Shown piece by piece: positions 22,901 through 33,644 of a DNA stretch of 33,644 nucleotides (position 1 is the first letter of the stretch; each line of letters begins with the position of its first letter). The stretch is from Trichinella spiralis (lineage: Eukaryota). A program made the position numbers and the translations under genes. The notes under the pieces were generated by a model. That model was not told where the DNA came from. It made no database searches and saw nothing but the letters and a program-made list of their open reading frames with translations. The DNA is taken from contig NW_003526941.1 of assembly GCF_000181795.1 (NCBI RefSeq), forward strand, positions 9,110,037-9,143,680, given 5' to 3'.

Positions 22901-24066
22901 ATGCTACTTTTTTTATTAAGTTGAAAAATAAGAAACTATCAAGTTTTGAAATTTAAGTTTTCATGTGAATGTGTTAGTTAGTTTTTGTTATGTACTTTCA
23001 CTGTTGAAATGCATCTTCTTCTTGGACCATTGAAAATAAATACATCATGGATGGATGATGATAGTATTCACTTTTATGCTGTGAATTTATTCTGGCAATT
23101 ACAAGTAGTAGACTGTAGTTGAGCAGATGTAATTTTTTGATTCACATTTTTCAAATGCCTTTCTGATGACTATGTAATTAATGAAATTTGTGGCAAAATG
23201 TTTGTGGTTCAACAAATCAGAAGAGAACGTTTGATTAATGTATAACCGGAAGTGACATTTGAATTTGAAGTTGGTGCGTTGGGAAAAAAGTGCAATGCAA
23301 CTTTTGCAAGCTGAAAGCTATTTTTCAAGTTTTGTTTACGAAAAAATCACATTTGAAATGAATAAATAAAATAGCAGCAGCCTGTTTGAAGAAGTTTGCA
23401 TGACGAAGCTGAAAAAAGCAAATGTTGCATGTTTTCTCAGAGGTGTTTCTTTTTTCCCATTGCGTATGCTGCCGGAAAGCATTGTTGCTGCTATGAGATC
23501 TCGTCTATTTGGAAGGGATTTATTTGATTTGTTCGTTTCTGGCTTGAGAAATTAATTAAATATAATATTTGATTGTAATAAATTCGTCCGAAATGCATTT
23601 GGGGGAATTTTTCTCCAGCAAGATGGAAGAAGGGGAAATTTTGATGCTTTTATTGATTGATGAATTAATTGTTGAGTTGAGGAAGAAGAGAAGCTACGCG
23701 TTTGCATGGACAAGAAGATTGCAAATTGGATAACTGACTAGCAGTAGTAAAACAAGGAAAATACGTACGTTGATAGCGATGATGAGGAAGAAAGAGCAAG
23801 GAGAGAGTAGGAAATGCAAGAAGTAAAAGTGAAAAATAATATCAGCGATGAATAATTTTTATCAGGCATTTTCCCCTATTATTAGCGGTACTTTTGGCAG
23901 ATATTCAGAAAATGGAGGTCATTCGACAAACACGATTGGCTATTGTTTCATTCAATAAGTATCTGGCACTGTAGATGCGCTTTGCTTGAAAAAGAAGCCG
24001 CAGAAAATTTATTGTAATTTTTTTTTAACTCAGTCGATAAGTTAGTAAACTTTGTTTGAATGTTGT

Positions 24067-24068
<2 letters not shown>

Positions 24069-24098
<30 letters not shown>
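24069..24098. repeat. (TA)15 microsatellite
   Basis: Perfect TA run read directly. Confidence 0.9.
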
Positions 24099-24101
<3 letters not shown>

Positions 24102-24608
24102 ATGACCACGATGTACCACGTTTAAATATTTTTATTGAATTTTTTAAAAATAAATTCCAATGATCAATTGGAGAGAAAAGAGAATAGAAGGAGGAGGAGC
24201 GCCGAGACGGTGGCGGCAATTGGTTGGATAAATCAGCTAACGCCGAGAGAGAGAGCTAACAAGGTCGACCTAGCTACAAAAAGATAAAGCAGGTCCACGA
24301 GCACGAGTGTCGACCTAGAGTTTAGCAGGAGAAAACCTCTGTCTCTGTCATTGGCTGTTTGCAAATGATGAAGGCAAATATTTTTCAAGCGACACGTTTT
24401 TTTGCCTATTGTTTTTCTGCATTACATTTCAGCAATCAATTTCTGGTGTGCTAGAAGTGCAACTTTCAGCTTTTACATATTTATTAATTGCGCTGCTTTT
24501 TTTTGCTTTCAAAACAGAGAACGATCGATCAGTGGGGGAAGAGTTAGCTGTGCAACTACTGTATCAGCTGAAAGGACTACTGTTTTTCTGCTTCTTCACT
24601 GCTGTATC

Positions 24609-24636
24609 ATGTGTGGAGGTTTTGTTTTCCGCAATG
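24609..24636 (+). CDS. Candidate first coding exon of Dispatched (MCGGFVFRN)
   Basis: ATG at 24609 ends at the strong donor G|GTAAGC. The phase-1 end joins in frame to the acceptor TTGCAG|AT at 27476/27477. Confidence 0.4.
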
Positions 24637-27476
24637 GTAAGCCGTCGTGTTAAAGTTGTAATCGGCCAATCATGCATGCATGCATGCCTGTGAATGACGT
24701 CAAATGCAGAAAGGTGGGAAACACGTTTCTGTGCTTAGCTGCTAGCTTGTTTGAAGCGTTGACGCACGCGCCTTGGCTATCATCAGTACTATCAGTTATT
24801 AATAATTGTGCAATTATTCGCCGTTCTATTGTTTATCTATGCTAATCATAAATGAAATTTATCCGATCATTGGAATCATTTGCTTTTTCTTCATTTACTA
24901 AACACTTCTTCTACTACTTATCATTCTTATCGATAGTAACATTAGTATAGCATGTATAACAGAATTTAATTAAACAGAAAATAACATAAACATCATACTT
25001 GATTAACTATATGGGCACAGCGAGCCTAATGCAAATATTTGGAGTGGTAATTCTTCTTTGTTGCAATATCTTGTTTGATTTTTTTTCTTGTTTTAATTTC
25101 AATAATGATGGAAGTTAGTTATATGTAGGAAACGTCAATTTAATTATGATAGCTTTAGCACTTTAGCAGTTTATTATTAATATTTGTCTTAGCATTAAAC
25201 GTCGTCTGTTCACAGTGACGTATAGTCAGATGTTTTTCTTAAAAATCAGACAGTCGATTTTGTTATAAAATGACGCCTTTTCATCAATATGCGCGTAGAT
25301 TAGAACCTATATTGACAGCTAGCAAGCCGTCAAGCTTCAACGTCATACAGCTGTTTGTCATTTCTTTCTTATAAAGCTCAGACAAGCGTGCATGTTTTTA
25401 AAAGGCATTTCATGTCACTTTTGATATGACTGTTTAATACTAAAAAAGGATTGTGCTTTCTAAATTTGTGCAATATTTTGTTTTCTCTGTCTTTCTTCTT
25501 CTTCTTATTATTATTATATTATAATTTTTATCACTGTTTTCCACGCTGTAAAAGAACGTTGTACGGTTTGGTCAGTTGTGTCCACCATGCGCTTTGTCCA
25601 TGCTGAATCATGCAAATTTCGACTTACCATCGTTGCTCAGTAGGTGTTCTTTTTTATTTCTAATGGAGTGAATCTACGTTGTGATGCAATTCAGTTGGGG
25701 GAATGATTTCAGTTAGTGGTGCTGTTTTTAAAAAAAATTGCAGGAGTTTTAAAAGCTTGAGCAGTTAATCCGAGAATAATAATAGTAATAGTAATAGAAG
25801 TTTATATTGTTGTTGTTGTTGTTGTTTTTGAATTATTTATTGAACTCGAAGTCAATTTTATACTTTTGAACCTAGTTTACATTGTTGATTAAAATGATAT
25901 GCAAATCAGATTTTTGAGTTGAAAATTTGAATAATTTATAATCGAAGTATTTAACGAAGATTGAATAGCAATGTTGAACGGGGTTCAGTGTATTATTGTT
26001 GCTCTCAAATCACGGTATTCTTTTTCTTAATTGGAATGGTGATGAAAAAAATTGCTCATCAACTGTTGAACGAACAAGGATAAAACTATCACAAATTGTT
26101 ACTTTGAAGGGCATATTTGAATTTTAAATTTATTTTCATTTATCAAACTGTGATGCTTTTTGTTTTCACGTGTTTGCTTTGAAATGCTATTATTTACATG
26201 TCTGTTATGATACAATCCTGTAAAAATGTTTGACACTTTAAACACGAACGCCGATCGTCTCGTTTGTTTAGAAAAACGCCTCCGTTATATGCTTACGCAA
26301 AATAAAGCATGCATTTTTGCTTTCTTTTCTTTCACATTTATCATTGGAATCATAGCACTGGTTATATTTGCATGCCTTTTGCTGTTGCGCATGTTCAGAT
26401 GATTCAACGAAAAGTTATTCTGCAACAATTTTTCACCTCTAATTAGTCAATAAGTTATTTTTAATAATTTATATACTATAATATCGGGACGATGAATTGA
26501 GAATGCGTATCAAACAAACGTATTTGCTTTTAATGCTATTACTTTTTTTTCCTTGATTCACTGAAATTATTATTTGTCTGATTTTTTCGCTGATGACGCA
26601 CGCACAGTCATCGGAGGGGAAAATAAATTTAAACATGGTATGCTTTATTGGAAGTGAAAATCAATAAATGATACTTTCTATATAATAAAGTGAAATTTTT
26701 ATTGATTTCTTTCCATCGTCTGTTGTAAATGTGAAGCAACAAATTGATGAATATTGCGCTACTTGGTTAATTACTACTGTTCAAATTTTGCATGTACGGC
26801 ATTTCGAGGTGACGTTATTGTGATGTTGTGATTTTCAAATAAAACAGCACAAAAATAGCATCATCTTTTCCCAAATGTTAACACACAAAGGCATCACAAG
26901 AACAAAGCACGCCTACTACTGATTGAAATATTCTGTTACTTACTTCACTGGTGTTTCTTCAGATACTTTATGATGGAACGAAAAAAATAGTATTCATTTA
27001 TTGCATTTAATGTTTTGCACATTTATTTGTGTGGGATATTCATGCATGTTGTATTGTTAATTAATAATTGTTTAGTATGTTGAAAGATGACACTAATGTC
27101 GTTCAAAAACTGATATCATTTAAAGTTATCTAGAGAACTTTCATCATTTGTTTATACTACCTGTCAGTTTGTATCGAATACAGTTTATTTATCTGTTCTG
27201 TAAAGCTGAGAATTAATTGTAAAGTTGTCAGCAGATTTGATTAGATTAGGTTTTGTTTAAGCATAAATTTTAAAGTGTCCTTTAAAGTGGGTTATTATAT
27301 TTGACTTTTAAACTGAAGAGCAAGCTCAGTTTAATAGTTTCAGTATCATTAGTGTTAGTTCATTGTTTTTTCAAAGTTATCTGTTAAATTAAAGTTATCT
27401 GCTGTCATGTATAGCACACTGCATAGTTGCTTGATCATGTTAACGGGTTTTCATACAACGTGGGATGCATTTGCAG

Positions 27477-30400
27477 ATGTCAACAAGTGCCCGTGTTTCA
27501 GCTATTCGAGACTGATTCACCGCCATCCTGTATTGTTCGTGTTGATAACATGCATGATCAGCTGCGTACTTGCCGTTTTACCGCTTGTCATGGCACCACT
27601 GCCCGACTTTTCCGATCCTACCATAGTAAGTGTTTCGTTTATTGTCTTCTGCATTCAGCCGAAAGTTTTACAGTTGCATTCATTGGTGTGTTGGAAATTT
27701 TTTACTGAATTTTAGGGATTTGCTACCCGCGGAACTCCGATTAGCAGGCGATTGGACACTTGGGAAAAATTGAGGCAGGAAGTTGAAAATGCGGGAATTT
27801 TTTCACGTTTTCCAGATAGCTTAGACGTGAAAGAGTAAAAGTATTTATTCCACGGTTGATTTGATTTAATTTTTATGCCAATTTAACAGACGGATAACAC
27901 TGAAGAAAAGACACAGCTCCAGTGATTCAGTTGTTGTGCAAAGAAGAAAACGACCAAAGCAGGATAAATTTAATCAAAATGGTGACATGAACATCACTAT
28001 GTTTTGCAGTTATTCACCTTGTAAGTTTAGTTGGTTTTTTTGGTTTTCAGCATTTATTTCATCTAATCCATACATCATATATCATTTGATTATAAAATAG
28101 CCAAAAGTTGTTTCGTCATTTAAAATAGTTATAGTTACCCATAAGTGTTTAACAGTTTAGCATTAAAAAACGCCACCAAAATGATAGAGGATTTGTACAT
28201 TCGTAATTATTTGCATTTATCAGCAGTGGTGCATTTTTTTAGCCTCTATGAATAGTATGGTTGTTTTCCACGTGGAGAATCCATTTTCTTACAAGTCATT
28301 GTCTACTTTGTGCAAATTTGAGCATCGATTGTACGATACTCCGCTGAGGCACGGCTTGCATTTAAGCTCTGCCGGAGAGCGCAGCAGTGGTGGTCCGCTG
28401 TGCCAACCTTGGCATTTGGCCAGTATCGCAGCACAGCTCGTATACAAGGAAAATTGTGCCGATCTAGAGCCTGCTGATCAGCCTGTTTTGGTAGAACTGA
28501 TTGAAAAATGTATTCCATACAGACGTGTTATTGCGCGCTGTTTAAAATCTTCTGCAAGAGGTTCCGAGAAAACGTGCGAATCCATTCCGGAGAATTGCAA
28601 GCGTTTCGAATTGCACATGCTCTACAATGTGCTTGTACCAAAGGATTTGTTTCCAAGTGCACAGTCGAATGGAACAGCAACTTTGAAAATGAAAAATGAC
28701 AGTCTGTCGAATTTGATCGACGAATCAGTGGTATTTAATGCGAATCAGTCGTTCGAGACGCTCATGATATTGTCAGTGTCACGACGGGCTTTGCAATTTC
28801 ACGACGATCCTATTGGCTTGTACAATAGCATTTTATTCGAAGTTGAATCTCTAAGCAACGAGGCTACAATGGTGGCCATACGGCTGGGAATCGAAGAGGC
28901 CATGTTTAAAATGTCTCTGTTCCGTGATCTCATTTACAACGTACTCGCCGTTATTATCATCTTGCTCATAATTTTCTGCTTTACCAGATCTGTCATGTAC
29001 ACTGCAGCCTGCTTTTTGTGTATTATCATGTCACTCGGTGTTGCAAACTTTTTATATACAATTGTTTTTAACGTTCGTTTTTTTCCTTTTATCAATCTGC
29101 TCACTTTGATCATGGTGATCGGCATCGGAGCCGACGACGCGTTCATACTGCATCAAGCTTGGAAAATGGTATGCTAATAATAATAATAATAATAATAATG
29201 ACTAGCCGTGACAAATGTAATTGTTTGCTCAAATGAATTTGTTTGTTGATTTGTAGGCTGAAAAAGAAGACGGTGAAAATAGTTCTGAAGATGTGATAAG
29301 AAACACGCTCTCGCATGCTTCTACTGCAATGTTTGTGACAAGTGCTACCACTGCTGCGGCGTTTTTTTCAAATTTGCTTAGTCCAATTGTGGTCCTTCGT
29401 TGCTTCGGCCTGTTTGCCGGCATAGCGATTCTCTGCAATTATATGTTCACAATTTTGTGGCTTCCAGCAGTGATAGTTTTGCTCAGAAGGTACAACTGCA
29501 AACGAGATTCTGGTTGCAAGCTGAATATAGCCAGTCGACTGTTTACCGTGAATACAATGCGTGAACACGGTAACAAGCTCGCGTCGCCGAGCAGGTTGCT
29601 CGTGAAGTTCATATCCGAATTCGACACGATGCTCATGTTGATCGTCGGTGGCGTTGGTCTGGCGGCTGCGCTTGCTTTTTTCGTCGGCCCGAGCTTGCAG
29701 CTTCCGCATATTGATCATTTTCAATTTTTCAAAATGTCACATCCCACCGAACGTTGGCCATTTGAGCAGAAAAAGCGTTTTGCATTTACCGAAAAAGCAG
29801 CCGATCTGCCGATGATTATGTCCGTTGTCTGGGGCTTGCGTGAAGAAAGTTCACCGAAGCAGTTCGAACCGACCGACTATGGGCAGTTGGAAATTTTACC
29901 ATTCACGTTGGGAAATAATGTGTCCGTCAAATGGATGATGCAGTTCTGTTCTCGCATTGCCGCGCAACCGTTTACGAATGCCTTGAGACTGTCGTCTACC
30001 GCATCTTGCTTTTTGCCCAGCTTCATTTCTTCACTCCAAGAGGAAAACTGCGGTAGCGATAGGTGCTGTGGAGATTATGTGGACAGTTTCAACGCTAGTC
30101 AATTCGAAAGATGCCTCAGGAAAACAATGATCGAATATAGACCATTTTTGGAGCAACCCGATTCAGGTTTGCTTATGGGTCCACTGTTCGACCGTCGCAC
30201 TAATCGACTGGCCGTGGTTATTGTTACTTACATTTCTACGTACAATTTTTCGTACGCGTTCAATGAAATGCGACAATTTTATGATGAGATTGGTTCTTGG
30301 ATGGAGAAAGAACTCGAAACTGCTCCCGAAGAATTGAAAGGTGCTTGGTTTGTCAGTGAGAACTTGAAAATCTTCGATCTACAGTTAGCCCTCACCACTA

Positions 30401-31319
30401 TCTCCAAGTATGTCATATACCAAGTTTATTACATTATTATTTATAATATAATATCAAAAATATTTTTATTTAAACTTTTTTCATTAATTAGCTTATTTTA
30501 ATTTTTAATATTTATTTTGAAATGGTTTTGTTATTGGTTCTTAACATGCCCATCTGTCTGTGTCTACTGGTGGTTTGGTTGGTGAAATTGTGATTGTTCA
30601 GCTCTTCCACCACTAATATATATTCTTTAAGATATACAAAAAATATATATGTACATATATGTATTTAATTTTTTTAAATATGCATTAGGGTGTCACTACC
30701 AATTGCCATTGCTATCACAGTTGTGGTATTGTTGCTGACAACTCGCAACGTGTTGGTGATCACTATGGCAATGATGACAATTGTTGCCGTTATACTGACG
30801 CTTAGTGTTTGTTTGGTGCTTTTGGAATGGCAATTGAATGTGATAGAGTCGACAACTTTGACACTAGCTACCGGGCTTTCGTTTGATTACACGCTTCACT
30901 ATGCTGCCACGTATTTGTTGGTCCGGCGAACCGGAAGCCGGAAACCAGTGGAAGAGATTTTTTGCAAAGTTGGAAGTCCCGTGTTCATGTCGATGCTGAC
31001 CACCGCTGTCGGTGGCTTGTGCATGACATTTTCTTCCGTATACGCGTATTATCAGGTGGGCGTGTTCATGTTGTTGTTGGCGTCGATCAGTTGGGGATAC
31101 GCCACTTTTCTCTTTTTGCCAATGTGTTCAATTGTTTGCCGGCTTTCGACCAAACTGCCCAGTATCCACTGGCCGTGGAATCGCCGCAGTCACACCCAAG
31201 CGTCAACATTGCCACCAGCCGCAGTGCCGTCTGAAGCGCCATCTCCGTTGCCTGAACTGCCGCCTTCTTTCGCTTTCACCGGCAAAGCAGTCGCTGACAA
31301 TAATATAATCAGCTGTTGA
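27477..31319 (+). CDS. disp: Dispatched homolog (RND/sterol-sensing-domain membrane protein; DISP1/CHE-14 family)
   Basis: Exons 27477-27625, 27716-27834, 27890-28020, 28243-29168, 29257-30407, 30689-31319. Motifs: LPDFSDPTIGFATRGTPISRRLDTW, FFPFINL, GIGADDAF (TM4), HASTAMFVTSATTAAAF, APEELKGAWFVS, LLTTRNV, GLSFDYTLHY (TM10). The true 5' end may be at 24609 or 27407. Confidence 0.92.
29176..29199. repeat. (AAT)n microsatellite in a Dispatched intron
   Basis: About 8 TAA/AAT units read directly. Confidence 0.8.
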
Positions 31320-31568
31320 TAGTGAGTAGTAAAATCCATTTTTTTTCTCTTCGAGCGAGATTTTTGTTCAGCTTGCTTGCTTGTTTGCTTGCTTGCTTGC
31401 TCATTGTATTGCTTTAACGAGATGAAGAAAACATTGATACGGGGAATTTCAGTTGCCAAAGGTTATAATAATTATTGTTGCTCTGTGCAAAAATGGATCA
31501 CTAATTTGTGGTTTCACAATAGTGCACCCTTTTCACGTGAACAACTGTGAAAGCATCTTTGTATTTTA

Positions 31569-31573
<5 letters not shown>

Positions 31574-31599
<26 letters not shown>

Positions 31600-31600
31600 T
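31574..31600. repeat. (AAT)n microsatellite 3' of Dispatched
   Basis: About 9 AAT units read directly. Confidence 0.85.
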
Positions 31601-33380
31601 CAGTTTCACTTTTTCTCTTTTACCCATCTGTCGTGTTTGAAAGTCTTTTTTTGTCTTTTCTTTTTCTTTTTGACGATCATTTATGTAGTTGATCAATGCT
31701 TGCTTCATTGGTATAGAAAAGTACTTTGTTTTATTTTTTGATCAACGACGCCATTTGGCAAATCCATCCATCCGTCCCTAAATCCAGTGCATAATTGTTT
31801 CGTCGAACAGTAGTCGATTTTGAAATGATTCATTTGAAATCGACAATTTATTTATTCGAATTAAATATTGTTGAAGCTTTAAACCGAAACCAAAGTAAAA
31901 GTGTATTGTTATCAAGCATGTCTGTGTGTGTGGGTGTGTCAAAATGTACTTTTTTTATTCATCTACACGTCATTCTGTTCTTGGAACAGATCATTCATCG
32001 TGCAAACGCTGAGGAAAATCATTAAAATCAGCATTATTTATCCTGACAAGCACCTGTAAAGATAGTCCGTGTAATTGTTGTATTATTTTATTTTGTAACA
32101 ATGATGCATTCATACAATACTGATAACAGTGTTCGTTAAAGCGCTATTACGCATTCGTTTATGATTTAACTCGGCGTGCTTTATATATGCATATATAATA
32201 TAATAAAAACGAACCAACCGACAACTCATCACTGATAACTACAAAAAAAACAAGCCATGATAAGGTATGTATGGATTTTGACACTGCTCATAAAGAATAC
32301 GGTCAACATTTATTAGGAAATTCAAATTTTGAAACTATTCTTCATTTGACGCTGTTCCATTCCAATAAGTGGCCTATTTTGATAAAGCACTTTTCCATTG
32401 TCGAAATGAAAAAAATGTTCGACTGAATTCTGCCAATCTTCGAAATTTAAGCAAACACTAGATAGTCAAAATTGGACATTCAAGTAAGTATACACGTGAT
32501 GCCGTTGAAAACGCCGAAAGCACCAAACGGAAAAGTAATGCATTCAACAATTGACGTAACATTTATTTTCAACCTTCAACATGCCATCCAAAGAACGTGC
32601 ACATAAGAATGCAATGTATGCCTGTGAATAATTTTATTCCAAAGAATATTTGATTTTTCATCACGATGACTTTTTAGCAATCATCATTCGACTACAAGTT
32701 TGAACAGACTTGAAAAATCTAGAAATAAATATATATATGAAGTGCAAATTGAAATCACCTACCTACTACTTACTACTACTACCTATAAGCATGATTCATT
32801 ATTATTTTACCATATTCAATGATATATTATGATGATTTTGAAATATAGATGAATTCTCCAGACGGAATTGTAAGAATAGAATAATTGCTACAAATTTATC
32901 ATATAGGAAAAATTTCCTAATACAGTATGATTTGCTAACTTGCTTATTTTTTTATTGTATCGTCGTTATCGCAACAGTTGTGAGATTCGAATGCAAATTT
33001 TTATACGACTACTATTTGTTTGCTTTTCTGTAATAATGGAAAAAAGTAGCAAAAGCAAAACGACCAACTAACTATATGGGAAAAGTTTTCAGTAAGTTGA
33101 TTTTTTCAGTTGTTTTACAGTTGATTAGAAATATAGCATGAATAGGTATTGAATCGGTAATTTACTAAGAAGACTGAATAATAAATTGTGTTTGTGTAAT
33201 TTTTCAAAAGTATTTACACAATGTAAGTTAACGAGCAATTTGTAAATAATAATTACTATAAGATGTTGAATGGCCACCAAAGCAGTCTACACATATATAT
33301 AACAAATGAAATACATAAATGTATGATATTATACATTGACTAGGTGTTTGAAATAAGCTTTGCTATAAGTTCTACTCAAT

Positions 33381-33450
33381 TCAGTTCAGTTCAGTTCAGT
33401 TCAGTTCAGTTCAGTTCAGTTCAGTTCAGTTCAGTTCAGTTCAGTTCAGT
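33381..33450. repeat. (TCAGT)14 perfect pentanucleotide tandem repeat
   Basis: Seven consecutive tcagttcagt decamers. Confidence 0.95.
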
Positions 33451-33644
33451 TGTAGTGCATTTAAGTTAGATCTAATAACACTACGTGAGCGTTGTTTTTC
33501 AATTATGCAAATCAAGTTTCATTTCAACGCCTGTGTTCTCATCAGTAACAGAAAGCTTTGTGTTTGCATGGCTGACGTGACAAGCTGTAGCGCTGAGATC
33601 CCGGTCTCATAGTGAACACTTAGGTGACATTGAAGTAATTGTAG

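Noticed and set aside
31190..32426. Short ORFs downstream of Dispatched, including a 51-aa ORF at 32271-32426
   Set aside because: They are microsatellite or low-complexity translations, or lack homology and splice support.
33561..33640. Small hairpin (TGAGATCCCGGTCTCA) and SP6-promoter-like TTAGGTGACA
   Set aside because: The stem is too short for an ncRNA call, and the SP6 match is only 10 nt with no other vector sequence.
1..33644. Prokaryotic systems (CRISPR, defence operons), tRNA/rRNA genes, transposons
   Set aside because: The window is spliced eukaryotic DNA; no repeat-spacer array, cloverleaf, transposase/RT ORF or terminal repeats were seen.

Overview
AT-rich eukaryotic DNA with many short GT-AG introns. 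It is most consistent with a compact nematode genome, probably Trichinella-like (inferred from intron style, gene density and gene content). Eight protein-coding genes can be rebuilt by hand across splice sites: a 5'-partial, intronless S9 (dpf-6-like) peptidase; a CK1/TTBK kinase; TMEM183; MCRS1; CFAP36 (minus strand); a Pelle/IRAK kinase with a death domain; TBC1D25; and Dispatched. No rRNA, tRNA, CRISPR array or intact mobile element is evident, and I found no convincing wholly new system. The best second-look signals are: a perfect RFX/DAF-19 X-box upstream of CFAP36; tandem UIM-like helices in CFAP36; three stop-free 3n introns; operon-like gene spacing; the bacterial-like intronless peptidase; and orphan exon-like pieces at about 21.2-23.8 kb. 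Exon boundaries are manual predictions and family assignments come from recalled motifs, not database searches.
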